This document shows positions 10,026-19,212 of a stretch of 55,188 nucleotides of DNA, in pieces (the first letter of the stretch is position 1; each line of letters starts with the position of its first letter). A model generated the notes under the pieces. The model was not told the origin of the DNA. It ran no database searches and saw only the letters and a program-made list of their open reading frames with translations. Position numbers and translations under genes: made by a program. Origin of the DNA: Phycisphaerae bacterium (lineage in GTDB: Bacteria > Planctomycetota > Phycisphaerae > UBA1845); NCBI GenBank assembly GCA_046753625.1, contig JBHHUB010000003.1, forward strand, positions 1 to 55,188, written 5' to 3'.

Positions 10026-10829
10026 TCAATCGCTGGCTTCGAGTAGGTAGCTGATATACCAGTCGCGTTCGGTGATGGGCGTTTTGGGGTGGCCCCGCCG
10101 AAATTCGTCGAGCACGCGCAGCCCGGCCAACGCGAACAAGTGGCGGTACTGCACGGGCGTGAGGAACAGCAATTCGTGGACGGACTCAAAATCGGAGAGA
10201 ATCTTTTGTTCTTTTCGATCGATGGTCAGAATCCGGTATTGCAGCGTACACTTTTGATTGATTCGGTCCACGGTGGGGACGGTGGTTCGTATGATCTCCG
10301 TGGTGTCGTTGCTTCGGCTCTCGTACCGCCGGAATTCCGACCGGGGATCGTCGCAAAAGACTGCCGCGCCGTTCCAGAGGTCGATCAGGAAGCGTCCGCC
10401 GGTTCTCAGCCTGCCGCGCAGCAGCCGCAAGTGGTCCAGCATGTCCTCGGCGGAGTTCATGCAATTGAAGACTTGAAAGATGCTGATCGCCGCGTCGAAT
10501 CGGTGGCCGTTCAGACTGGCGCAGAACCGATCAAACGGAGCGGCCTCGAATCGTACCTGGGCCGAGTCGGCGCTGATCGGCTTGGATCGAGCTTCGGCGA
10601 TCATCGCCTCGGACCGATCGACGCCCGTGGCCTGCACGCCCAGAGCGGCGAGCGCCAGCACATGGGATCCACAACCACAGCCGATATCCAGAACGTGGGC
10701 ATGGGGACTTGATCCGGGCTTGACGTCAAGCAAGCCGGCCGCGTAGCGTGCATCGGCCAGGAAATCGCGGTCGGAATACATCGTGTCGTACAGCGCCGCG
10801 AACGCTTCATGGTAATCGGTCACTGGCAT
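10026..10829 (-). CDS. Class I SAM methyltransferase, TylM1/DesVI-like (possible amino-sugar N-methyltransferase)
   Basis: FAALYDTMY, VLDIGCGCG, GVDRSEAMI, FDAAISIFQVF, GGRFLIDLW; start MPVTD overlaps the upstream stop. Confidence 0.85.
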   Translation of the reverse strand: MPVTDYHEAFAALYDTMYSDRDFLADARYAAGLLDVKPGSSPHAHVLDIGCGCGSHVLALAALGVQATGVDRSEAMIAEARSKPISADSAQVRFEAAPFDRFCASLNGHRFDAAISIFQVFNCMNSAEDMLDHLRLLRGRLRTGGRFLIDLWNGAAVFCDDPRSEFRRYESRSNDTTEIIRTTVPTVDRINQKCTLQYRILTIDRKEQKILSDFESVHELLFLTPVQYRHLFALAGLRVLDEFRRGHPKTPITERDWYISYLLEASD

Positions 10830-12319
10830 CGAAAGACTCCTGTCGCCCGAACGGCCATTCGGGCGAGCATCCATCCGTGTTTGAGAAATCTGGTCTTGGT
10901 GGTTCCGTAGGTTCTGGAGCGATAGCGCGTGGGTACTTCGCATATTTTCAGCCCCAGCCTCGTTGCGCCAAAGAGCATCTCGAAGTCGCTGAAGGGATCG
11001 GGTACGCCGAGGAATCCCCAATTGCGTCGGATGCGGCCGAATTGCGTGCGCTCGAATCCTTTCAGGCCGCACAGTACGTCCGACGTGCGCTGCCCCAAGA
11101 ACCACATGAACCACATCGCAAACACCCAATTGCCCACGACGTTGAGGATCGGCATCGCGCGGTGTTCTCGCGGGTAAATGAACCGGCTTCCGTTGACGAA
11201 TTCCGCCCGTCCCGACGCGATCACGTCGAAGACCTTGAGCACATCCTGCGGTGGCGAGGTTCGGTCCGCTTCAAGCAGAATGATCACATCGCCGGTCGCG
11301 GCCTCAAACCCTTCGAGGATGGCGTTGCCGACGCCGTCGCCGCTCTGAACGACGAGCCGGACGTTCTTTTCAGGATAAGCCTCGATCACACGTTCGATTT
11401 CCGCCCGTGTGCCGTCGGACGAATGGCCCTCAACGATGACGATTTCGGTGGAGCGCCCGACCCGGGGTATCGCCCGGACCATGGGCTCTACGTTGTCGCG
11501 CTCGTCGCGCACCGCCATGACGATGCTGGCGCTCTTGCTGGGATCAACCCGGCCTTGAGGCATCGGCCGCGCGACCAGGATGTTGACGCCGGAGAATCGA
11601 TGGATGAACGGCAGCAGCCCGCCCAACGCGTTGAGCAACTTGCCGAGGCCCAGCCACGCATGTTGGCTGTAGAGTTTCGGTTGAACGCAGATCGTCTCGA
11701 ACCCCACGCCGTCGAGCATGACTTGAAGATCGCCGGCGCTCAGCAAGTTCTTTCTAGCATGCGGGTGTTCCAGGCCGAGCCAGGCCGCCAGCCGCCGGAT
11801 CGGCCGTCGGAGGTAGTTGGGCTCCACGATGACCAACCGCGACGTCGGCGTGCACACCCGCTCGATAGACTGAAGAAAGGAAAACACATCGTGTACTTCA
11901 TCCATTACGTCATTGACCACGATGTACTCAAATCGCCCATGAACGGCTCGCTCGTAGCCGGCGGAATGAACGTATTTGTTGTCGGGATGGCGCCGGCGGG
12001 CCACCGCGATGAGATCGGATCGGTCGTCCACGCCGACGCCTCGCGCTGGTTTCAGCGCCGAAAGAGGGGCACCGTCCTCGCATCCGAACATCAGAACGGA
12101 TTCGCCCTCGGGGACGATGAACTGCAAGTATTGCTGGATGTTCTGGTGATAGAAAGGGTTTGCGTTGCGCCATCGGTTCAGCACATCGACCGAATCGCGA
12201 CCCACCGCTTCGCGACGCGCAGGCTGTGGTCGCCGGGGCGTGGACGTGGCTCGGGCGGCATGCTCGGCCTGCGCCTTTCGAGGCTGCGACGGTGTAGCAA
12301 GGGTTGAAGTTGGGTCCAT
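10820..12319 (-). CDS. Methyltransferase-like domain fused to a GT2 (polyprenol-phosphate glycosyltransferase-like) domain
   Basis: N-terminal SVLMFGCEDG Rossmann-like segment; C-terminal SIVMAVRDE, VEGHSSDGT, GDVIILLEAD, SDVLCGLK. Confidence 0.88.
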   Translation of the reverse strand: MDPTSTLATPSQPRKAQAEHAARATSTPRRPQPARREAVGRDSVDVLNRWRNANPFYHQNIQQYLQFIVPEGESVLMFGCEDGAPLSALKPARGVGVDDRSDLIAVARRRHPDNKYVHSAGYERAVHGRFEYIVVNDVMDEVHDVFSFLQSIERVCTPTSRLVIVEPNYLRRPIRRLAAWLGLEHPHARKNLLSAGDLQVMLDGVGFETICVQPKLYSQHAWLGLGKLLNALGGLLPFIHRFSGVNILVARPMPQGRVDPSKSASIVMAVRDERDNVEPMVRAIPRVGRSTEIVIVEGHSSDGTRAEIERVIEAYPEKNVRLVVQSGDGVGNAILEGFEAATGDVIILLEADRTSPPQDVLKVFDVIASGRAEFVNGSRFIYPREHRAMPILNVVGNWVFAMWFMWFLGQRTSDVLCGLKGFERTQFGRIRRNWGFLGVPDPFSDFEMLFGATRLGLKICEVPTRYRSRTYGTTKTRFLKHGWMLARMAVRATGVFRCQ

Positions 12320-12395
12320 GACTCACCTGTGCCTGCACCGGTTCCCTTCGTCCGGAAAACGCGCAAAGATCACGCAGCGCGCGTAGTCGTCACAT

Positions 12396-12409
12396 GGTTA
12401 TCGGCACCT
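12396..12409 (-). promoter_or_regulatory. AGGTGCCGATAACC motif (sigma28-like -10 box), copy 1
   Basis: Identical 14-mer at 18962-18975; contains GCCGATAA; upstream of the GT2 gene. Confidence 0.5.
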
Positions 12410-12685
12410 CAAACGGGCCACTTCGCAACTATCCGTGGATCGCGGTTGCCGCCGGGATACTGCCGTTATCGGACCGAAACAGTAGGTGTGGCGGCGGCAT
12501 TTTGCGGGTGCCTACCTCCTTTGGCGGGGGGGAGCCGATGATGGCGACCGACTGACACCTACGCTAGCCGACGATCCAGCGGGCCGTCGTCTCGCCTCCG
12601 TGTCGGATGGCGTTTGAATACCTGTGGGTGCGATATCATCGGCTTCCCCACGTCCAAGAGGACATGGGGCACCCCGGCGCGTGCG

Positions 12686-14284
12686 CTACTTGGAAGAGGT
12701 CAGGTAGGTGAGGCCGCGAGTACCAGCGCGGTCGCGGCGCCCAAGCGTTTGGAAGTAGGCGACGGCCGACGTGAGTATCGGAGTTACCAGACAGGCGACC
12801 AGCGCCGTGTCCGTCGCCAGCCAGACGAATTGATAGCGCTCGTTGTCGGTGTCGGTTGACCCGCACGCGCCGACGATGCCGGCGTCGAGCAAGTACGCCA
12901 GCGCAAGAAACAGGCAGACCCTTCGATTGAGCCCGAGCATGCCACACAGGATCAGCGCAAACCCCGGCCAGAGGAACGCCACGCTCCGAATCACGCTCAG
13001 GACGTCACAGACGCTCGGCAGGCCGTTGAGGTAGCGAAGCGTCGCGAAAGCCCCGCCATGTCCAAACGGGGCGCGCTGAGCCGCTGCCTGTTTCATCCGG
13101 GCTACCAGCGCCGTGGACTCGTCAATGCTTCGCTCCGGCAGGAACCAATAGGCGTACCAGTGCTCTTGCGGATCGATGCCCGCCCGCACGTCCTCATGCA
13201 CGATGATCGGCGCCTCCTTGGTGGGATGGGTCCAGGAGGCCGAGGGGCCTAGACGGCGTCGCAACAGATGTCGGGTCGTGATGACCGCAAACGCTTTGAT
13301 GTATTTCAGCGGTTCCGCCCAAAACATCTTCAGCCCCGACCGCTTGGCCAGCCGGTTGAACGTCCATTCGTCCATGCCGCCGCGAAGGGCGCGCGCGCGG
13401 GCGACGCATCCGTCCAGTCGGTTGACCGCGAAGGCTTCGTCGCGCGTCCGCTCCCCCAGCAGACCGAGAAACCATGGTGTGCTTTCATCGTCGGACCAGT
13501 CGGATCCTTGAAAGTATCGCGCACGGGTTTGCAGGACCATGCCGAACCCACCGGTGGTCAAGCGAAACTGTCCGCTGTACCTGTAGTTGATGCTGCATTC
13601 AAAGAGGACGCAGCACACCACCGGAAGCATCAGGCACGCCAGACTCATCGCCGCCTTGCGCGGCGCTTTACGGTAGACGAGCAGCAGGACGATCGCGCCC
13701 GATCCGATCAGCGCGACGCCCACAGCGCGGATCAGCCACGCGCACGCCATGAGTAGGCCGGCCGCGGTCATCCATCGATACCCGCGCTTGGCAAAGAGCG
13801 CATGGATGAATGCCAGGGCGCCGTAGCTCAGGAACAGCACAAACGATGCCTCCGACATGATGCGAACACCGTAGAGCGCGGTTTGCAAGCGGGCGATCAG
13901 GAGGATCGCTGCGAGCCATCCGGCCGTGCGGTTCAGCAGCTTGCGCGAGAGGCCGTACGCCGCAAGGGGCAACAAACCCAGAAAAAAATGATTCGCGACG
14001 ACGGCGGACCAGCTCATATTGCCGGTGGCCCATCCGAGCCCGGCGAGGATGTACGAATAGCCCGGCTTGCGAAATGCGAAGTAGGGTTGTCGGTCGCCGC
14101 TGAGCAACGCTTCAGCCGAATCCACGTGCTGAACCGAGTCACCCGTGAACATCGCTCGACCCTGTTTGGGGGCGAAGTACGCGGCTTCCGCGACCAGGCC
14201 CAGGCAAAGAATGAGCAGGACATCTATGACGATTCCGCGACGACGGCGCTTGGCTTGGTTGGTATCGTTGGTGGTGGCGTGCAT
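12686..14284 (-). CDS. GT-C fold (ArnT/PMT-like) membrane glycosyltransferase
   Basis: Many TM helices; first-loop FTGDS...RKPGY; IMSEASF; late ERY. Confidence 0.75.
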   Translation of the reverse strand: MHATTNDTNQAKRRRRGIVIDVLLILCLGLVAEAAYFAPKQGRAMFTGDSVQHVDSAEALLSGDRQPYFAFRKPGYSYILAGLGWATGNMSWSAVVANHFFLGLLPLAAYGLSRKLLNRTAGWLAAILLIARLQTALYGVRIMSEASFVLFLSYGALAFIHALFAKRGYRWMTAAGLLMACAWLIRAVGVALIGSGAIVLLLVYRKAPRKAAMSLACLMLPVVCCVLFECSINYRYSGQFRLTTGGFGMVLQTRARYFQGSDWSDDESTPWFLGLLGERTRDEAFAVNRLDGCVARARALRGGMDEWTFNRLAKRSGLKMFWAEPLKYIKAFAVITTRHLLRRRLGPSASWTHPTKEAPIIVHEDVRAGIDPQEHWYAYWFLPERSIDESTALVARMKQAAAQRAPFGHGGAFATLRYLNGLPSVCDVLSVIRSVAFLWPGFALILCGMLGLNRRVCLFLALAYLLDAGIVGACGSTDTDNERYQFVWLATDTALVACLVTPILTSAVAYFQTLGRRDRAGTRGLTYLTSSK

Positions 14285-14286
14285 GC

Positions 14287-15939
14287 CTACGGCCTCGATC
14301 CTTTCGCCCCGCCCGAATGGTCGCCACCGGTTTCTTCCGGCGCGGGCCAGGAATGGGACATGCGCCTCGTGACGAGCGATGGCGGTCGATCAGTAGGGTC
14401 GCCATCGTAGTCGCCGTCTTTTCGATAGGCGATGAAAACATCGGCGCGAGACAGATGCTTGGAAAGCTCGGGCGCCCTAAAGCGGTCAAATCCCGGTACC
14501 CTGGGGTTCCAGAGATCGTCAACGGACTTAAGTGTGTCTGCGACAATGTAGACGCGTTCGACATCGTCCGCGTCCGCGGCCGGAGTCGGCGCCATCCGCT
14601 TGCGAAGCATGTAGTAGGAAGTCGCCGGCGTGTACCGCATGAGCAGCGCACAGCGGTTCATACCGAATTCGCGGCAATCGTCGAGGATGCGCTCCACGTC
14701 GACCAGCTCATGTTCCCAGGCCGAGAGGTAGCTTTGCCGGCTTACGTTGAACGCGCATCCGATGCCGGCGAGGCTCGCCAGCGCCAGCAGTCCGTAGCTG
14801 GCCCGGGTGTTCAATGGGTTGCCGGGCAGCAACTCAGCCCACTGGAACAGTCCGTACAGAGCGCAGGCCAGCGCCAAGGGCAAAGCGAAGGTCCACGCCG
14901 GCGGCGTAACCGCCAGGCCGCTCAACCGGGCCAGCGCGGGCAAACCGATCAAAACACACAGCGGCACCAGGAAAACGCGCGATCGCTTGCGCCACGCAGT
15001 GCCAGCGAACCCGGCGCATCCTGCGATGATCAGCGCTTGCCAGGCCAGCGGCGTGTGCCGCGTCCACGCGTCCCATGTGGTCTGCAACATGCCACCGTGT
15101 TCACGTAAGAACGCCGCGTGGACGCCCGACCCACTGGACAGCAGGCGGTAGCAGCCGATGGGCCCGGTGATCAGCAGCGCCGGGGCATACAGTATCAGGC
15201 CCAGCGCGAAACAGCTCGCAAGCCCCATCATCAGCCCGAGCACGCCATCGCGACGCAAAGGGTCGCCGCTTGGCAGCAAGAACAGCCGAACGGACAGGGC
15301 GGCGGTCAGCCCGGCCGCTCCGAGCAACATCGCGGGGTGGGCGAACGCGCCCAGCGCGCAAAGCGTTCCCCAGGCAAGCCACAGCCGTCGGCGTTGCGGG
15401 GTTCTGAAGAGATAAACCGTGCATACCGTCGCCAGCGTGAAGGTTAGCGTGAGCAGCGAGTATCCACGAGCGTTGCATGAGTATTCGACCAGGTAGGAGG
15501 AGGAGGCCACGGCCAACATGGTCACCGCCGTGCTGAGGCGATGGCCGAACAAAGCCCACGCAAGCCAGCCCGACGCGGGAATCAACAACATCCCAGCGAC
15601 CAGGGCGGGGAGCCGAAGCGCCGCCGGCGTGTTGCCGAAGAGAAACACGCTCATGCGCATCTGCAGCGTGTGGAGGATGTGGTTGTTCGACGCGACGTAA
15701 TGCGAGACGATGTACCAGGGCGTTTTCATGCCGAACGTCATGTAGTTGAAGGATTCGTCGTAGCGCATGGGGTAGTTGAGAAACCGGAGCCGCAGCAGGA
15801 ACCCCAGCACGACGATGAGCAGGCCGACCATCACCAGGGGCGGTGAGACCGTCGCGCGCACCGACGATGGGCGGACCGATCCCCGGCGCGCCGCGTTACG
15901 GCTACACCTCGCTCGTACCACCGCTTTTCTCCAAGACAA
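14287..15939 (-). CDS. GT-C fold (PMT_2/GT39-like) membrane glycosyltransferase
   Basis: PMRYDESFNY acidic loop, NNHILHT, ALRLPAL, YSCNARGYSL; start uncertain (15921 or 15831 also possible). Confidence 0.82.
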   Translation of the reverse strand: MSWRKAVVRARCSRNAARRGSVRPSSVRATVSPPLVMVGLLIVVLGFLLRLRFLNYPMRYDESFNYMTFGMKTPWYIVSHYVASNNHILHTLQMRMSVFLFGNTPAALRLPALVAGMLLIPASGWLAWALFGHRLSTAVTMLAVASSSYLVEYSCNARGYSLLTLTFTLATVCTVYLFRTPQRRRLWLAWGTLCALGAFAHPAMLLGAAGLTAALSVRLFLLPSGDPLRRDGVLGLMMGLASCFALGLILYAPALLITGPIGCYRLLSSGSGVHAAFLREHGGMLQTTWDAWTRHTPLAWQALIIAGCAGFAGTAWRKRSRVFLVPLCVLIGLPALARLSGLAVTPPAWTFALPLALACALYGLFQWAELLPGNPLNTRASYGLLALASLAGIGCAFNVSRQSYLSAWEHELVDVERILDDCREFGMNRCALLMRYTPATSYYMLRKRMAPTPAADADDVERVYIVADTLKSVDDLWNPRVPGFDRFRAPELSKHLSRADVFIAYRKDGDYDGDPTDRPPSLVTRRMSHSWPAPEETGGDHSGGAKGSRP

Positions 15940-16762
15940 CCAGGCAGCGAAACGACAGAAGCGGCGTAAGCGGCCTGGCCGTTCGCTCGATCCGACTCAG
16001 AATCGGAACCATCCAACGAGGGATCAGGCGGCGTTTTGAAAACCCGCCACTCAGGGGCATGACCAGCATGTCGAAACGCCGGCGATGAACCAGACGCAGG
16101 CGGGGAAACCGCTCGCGAAGCGATCCGAGGTGTCGAAAGAACATCAGCGTGGGAAAAGCGATGTTGGCGTCCCAAGGATTACCCTGCCAATCATGACTGC
16201 CCGTACCGTTGTCGGCGAAGGGATTCACACGACCGTCGATGTGCTCTGCGTGGAAGAAACGCCAGGCGATCCAACTCACCGGCGAGACATACGGCTCGAC
16301 CAGGAGGATGCGGCCGCCTTCACACAGCGCCCGCTGAGCCTCCGCGAGAAACGCAGGCGGATCATCCAAATGGTGCAGCACGTCGATCAGTACGAGATTG
16401 GCTAGGGCTCCGTCTCGGAAGGGCAGGTGCATGGCATCGGCGACGCAGTCCAACCAGGGACAAACGCCCAAATCGGTGGCCACGGTGCCGGGGACGTATT
16501 CCGCGTATCCGCCGTGCCCGGCCCCGATTTCCAGATCGATGCCCGGGGCGTGGCTGCGAAGCTCTTTGATGGTCTGGTAGTAGCCGCAGTAGAGGGCTCT
16601 GGTCAATGGCCGTGCGTCCCAGGCCCGCCGGCGCTCCAACAGACGTGGATCGGCGCTGGAATCCTCTTCGATCCGCAACGGTGCATCGACGGCCGCGCCG
16701 GCGTTCCACTTGCCCTTTGCTTCTAAGACGCTGCTCATGATCCGAGGGTCTCCCACACGCAA
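15902..16762 (-). CDS. Class I SAM-dependent methyltransferase
   Basis: LEIGAGHG, ADAMHLPF, DVLHHL, GGRILLVEP. Confidence 0.88.
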   Translation of the reverse strand: MRVGDPRIMSSVLEAKGKWNAGAAVDAPLRIEEDSSADPRLLERRRAWDARPLTRALYCGYYQTIKELRSHAPGIDLEIGAGHGGYAEYVPGTVATDLGVCPWLDCVADAMHLPFRDGALANLVLIDVLHHLDDPPAFLAEAQRALCEGGRILLVEPYVSPVSWIAWRFFHAEHIDGRVNPFADNGTGSHDWQGNPWDANIAFPTLMFFRHLGSLRERFPRLRLVHRRRFDMLVMPLSGGFSKRRLIPRWMVPILSRIERTARPLTPLLSFRCLVVLEKSGGTSEV

Positions 16763-16765
16763 CCA

Positions 16766-17899
16766 TTACGTCGGATGAGTCTGCGAAGCCTGTCGTTGGA
16801 TTGGAGCTTGGCTCTGAAACGCCTCGATCATGTCGCAGACGTAGCTGACCTGGAGCCCGGTGAGATCCAGTCCGCTGGGCAGCATGAGCCCGCGCTCGAA
16901 AAGGCGCCGAGCATGCACGGGCCTGTGACGCACGATCGAGTTGTCCGAGGTCAGGCTCGGCTGCAGGTGCAGCGGATAGAAGAACCGCCGGGTGGCGATT
17001 TCGCGGGCGTCCAGGAAGCGCGAAAGCCCCTCCGGGTCGTCGACCAGAATGCTGACCCGAAACGGCACGATCCGGCCGAAGCCGTTGGCGCCTAAGAAAC
17101 GCACGCCCGGGCAGGATTGCAGTCGGTTGAAGTAGGCTTGCTGCAACTCATGCTTGCGTTGAATGCTGTGCTGAATCCGTTCCAACTGCACGACGCCGAT
17201 GGCCGCCTGCAGGTCGGTAATGCGAAAGTTGTAACCCATGTGTTCGTGCACGAAACTGCCGCGGCGCAATCGCCCCTGATTCTTGAAATAAATGCATTCA
17301 CGGGCGAGCTGTTCGTCATTGATCAGCAACGCGCCGCCTTCGCCGGTCGTCATGGTCTTGTCGGCGAAGAAGGAAATGCACCCGATCTCGCCGAACGTGC
17401 CCACATGTCGGTCGCCGCAGGTCACGCCCATGCCCTGGGCGGCATCCTCCACGACCAAGAGATTGTGCCGCTTGGCCAAATTCATTAGGGCCGGCATGTC
17501 GCAGGTCTGTCCGTAAATGTGTACCGGCATGATCGCTTTGGTCTTCTCGGAGATGCTGGCTTCGGCGGCCGCGACCGAAATGTTGCCGTCAAACTCGTCG
17601 ACGTCCACCAGAACGGGCTTGGCTCCGGTCAACACGACGGACGACGCGCTGGCGAAGAACGTGAAGTCCGGGACGATCACCTCGTCGCCGGGTCCGACGC
17701 CGAGCACTTTCAGCGCGGCGAACAGGGCAAGCGTCCCGTTGGGTACCATGATCGCTCGCGTGCACCCGCAGTACTCGGCCAGCATGGCCTCAAGCCGTTG
17801 GGTCTTTTTCCCCTCGGTCACCCAGTTGTCCTCAAGCGTTTCGAGGACGCGGGCGATTTCGGCTTTTCCCAGTTGCGGGCTGTATTCGTTAATGCGCAT
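16766..17899 (-). CDS. DegT/DnrJ/EryC1/StrS sugar aminotransferase (perosamine-synthase-like)
   Basis: NGTLAL, PVHIYGQ, VEDAAQ, SFFADKTMTTGEGG (PLP Lys present), GYNFR; start MRINEY at 17899. Confidence 0.93.
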   Translation of the reverse strand: MRINEYSPQLGKAEIARVLETLEDNWVTEGKKTQRLEAMLAEYCGCTRAIMVPNGTLALFAALKVLGVGPGDEVIVPDFTFFASASSVVLTGAKPVLVDVDEFDGNISVAAAEASISEKTKAIMPVHIYGQTCDMPALMNLAKRHNLLVVEDAAQGMGVTCGDRHVGTFGEIGCISFFADKTMTTGEGGALLINDEQLARECIYFKNQGRLRRGSFVHEHMGYNFRITDLQAAIGVVQLERIQHSIQRKHELQQAYFNRLQSCPGVRFLGANGFGRIVPFRVSILVDDPEGLSRFLDAREIATRRFFYPLHLQPSLTSDNSIVRHRPVHARRLFERGLMLPSGLDLTGLQVSYVCDMIEAFQSQAPIQRQASQTHPT

Positions 17900-18848
17900 G
17901 ATCCAGCTCTCGTAAGCAGTTTGCCTCGTACCATTGCACCGTTTCGCGGATCCCCTCGCGAAGCGGCGTCGACGCGTGCCAGCCGGTTTGCTCGATGAAT
18001 CGCGTTCCGTCCAGCAGTTTTTGCATCGCCCCGTCGGCGCGGTCGCGATCGAACACGAAGCGCCCGTCCCAGCCAACCACTTCGCGGATCATTTCCGCAA
18101 GTGCCGCGATGCTGACGCCGGTCGCGTTGCCGACGTTGAAGATCGGATGATCTCCTGGGAACCCGTTGGCTCCGGCGACGCGGCCGACGTAACAGGCGAT
18201 GGCCGAGGCCGCGTCTCGCACGTACATCCATTCCCGAATCGGCCTTCCGCTTCCCCAAATGCATACTTCCGCAGCGTCCGTGCGCTTGGCGTCGACGATC
18301 TTGCACACCAACGCGCCGAGCGCATGGCTGCGCAGCGGATCAAAATGATCCTTGGGTCCGTAGAGGTTGGGCAGAATCAAGTGCGCGGATTCAAACCCGC
18401 AGGCATTGCCGTAAGTCTGACACAAACCCCACAGCATCTTCCGCGGCAGCCCGTACATGAGCACGCTGTCGTGTATCGCGCCGTCCCACCAGCCGGCTTC
18501 GCGATAGATTTCCTGGTGGCCGGGATAGGTGCAGTTGGGCATGATCGTGATCAGGCGCCCGGCGCCGGCGGCGCGCATCCCCGCCAGCAAGCCCATCGCG
18601 ATGTTTACGTTGTCCTCAAACACTTCGACGGCGTGTTGCGCCACATACCCGATTCCGCCGACATGGGCGGCGCAGTGGACGATGAGTTCGGGATTGGCTT
18701 TGGCGAAGAACGCGGCGGCCGCGTCGGCGTCGCGAAGATCGACTCCGGTAGCGCGCGCGCAGATTTCGACGTCGTGTCCGTCGCCTGTCAGCGCAGCCGT
18801 CACGAACGACCCCAAGAATCCCGTACCGCCGGTAACCGCAATCCGCAT
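17889..18848 (-). CDS. GDP-L-fucose-synthase-like NAD(P)-dependent epimerase, atypical active site
   Basis: TGGTGFLG, HCAAHVGGI, PNCTYPG, YGLPRK, NLYGP, SHALGAL, WGSGRPIREWMYV. Confidence 0.85.
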   Translation of the reverse strand: MRIAVTGGTGFLGSFVTAALTGDGHDVEICARATGVDLRDADAAAAFFAKANPELIVHCAAHVGGIGYVAQHAVEVFEDNVNIAMGLLAGMRAAGAGRLITIMPNCTYPGHQEIYREAGWWDGAIHDSVLMYGLPRKMLWGLCQTYGNACGFESAHLILPNLYGPKDHFDPLRSHALGALVCKIVDAKRTDAAEVCIWGSGRPIREWMYVRDAASAIACYVGRVAGANGFPGDHPIFNVGNATGVSIAALAEMIREVVGWDGRFVFDRDRADGAMQKLLDGTRFIEQTGWHASTPLREGIRETVQWYEANCLRELDHAH

Positions 18849-18961
18849 ACTGGCCTCATCCGCGCGTTCGCGCCCATTGTGCGGTGCCGCGTTCGCATGA
18901 CACGGCAGCGCATCGCTTCCGATAAGAGGTCGCCACGGCGACCTCGCATAACGTATATGTG

Positions 18962-18975
18962 GGTTATCGGCACCT
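18962..18975 (-). promoter_or_regulatory. AGGTGCCGATAACC motif (sigma28-like -10 box), copy 2
   Basis: Identical to 12396-12409; upstream of the first gene of the glycosylation cluster. Confidence 0.5.
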
Positions 18976-19097
18976 GGGATAGCGCGCTGGATTGACTTCC
19001 GGCACGGATTGGGAAAATGATAAGAGGAGGAGCGGTTGGCTGTCAGCTTTCAGCCATTGCGATTGCGTGTCTTGTCGAACATTCGTAGGGCGGCGAC

Positions 19098-19172
19098 CGG
19101 GAGGCCGCGCGGGCTGAAGCCCGCAGCTAGGGGGAAAGCCCGCGGCTCGGGGGAAAGCCTGCGGCTCGGGGA
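19098..19172 (+). repeat. REP family A: full palindrome plus two tandem half-copies (19-nt period)
   Basis: ggccgcgcgggctgaagcccgcagctaggggg aaagcccgcggctcggggg aaagcctgcggctcgggga. Confidence 0.85.
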
Positions 19173-19212
19173 GGCGGGGAGATCATGAAGGCGCTTTGCG
19201 TAGCCCGTGCCG

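Noticed and set aside
10748-12307. 519-aa + strand ORF
   Set aside because: Antisense shadow of the GT2 fusion gene; no motifs; expected in high-GC DNA.
19098-19172. CRISPR array
   Set aside because: Units are adjacent with no unique spacers, and there are no cas genes; treated as REP repeats.
9878-19200. Glycosylation cluster as an island integrated at tRNA-Thr
   Set aside because: No integrase, and I saw no duplicated tRNA 3' end at the far side.
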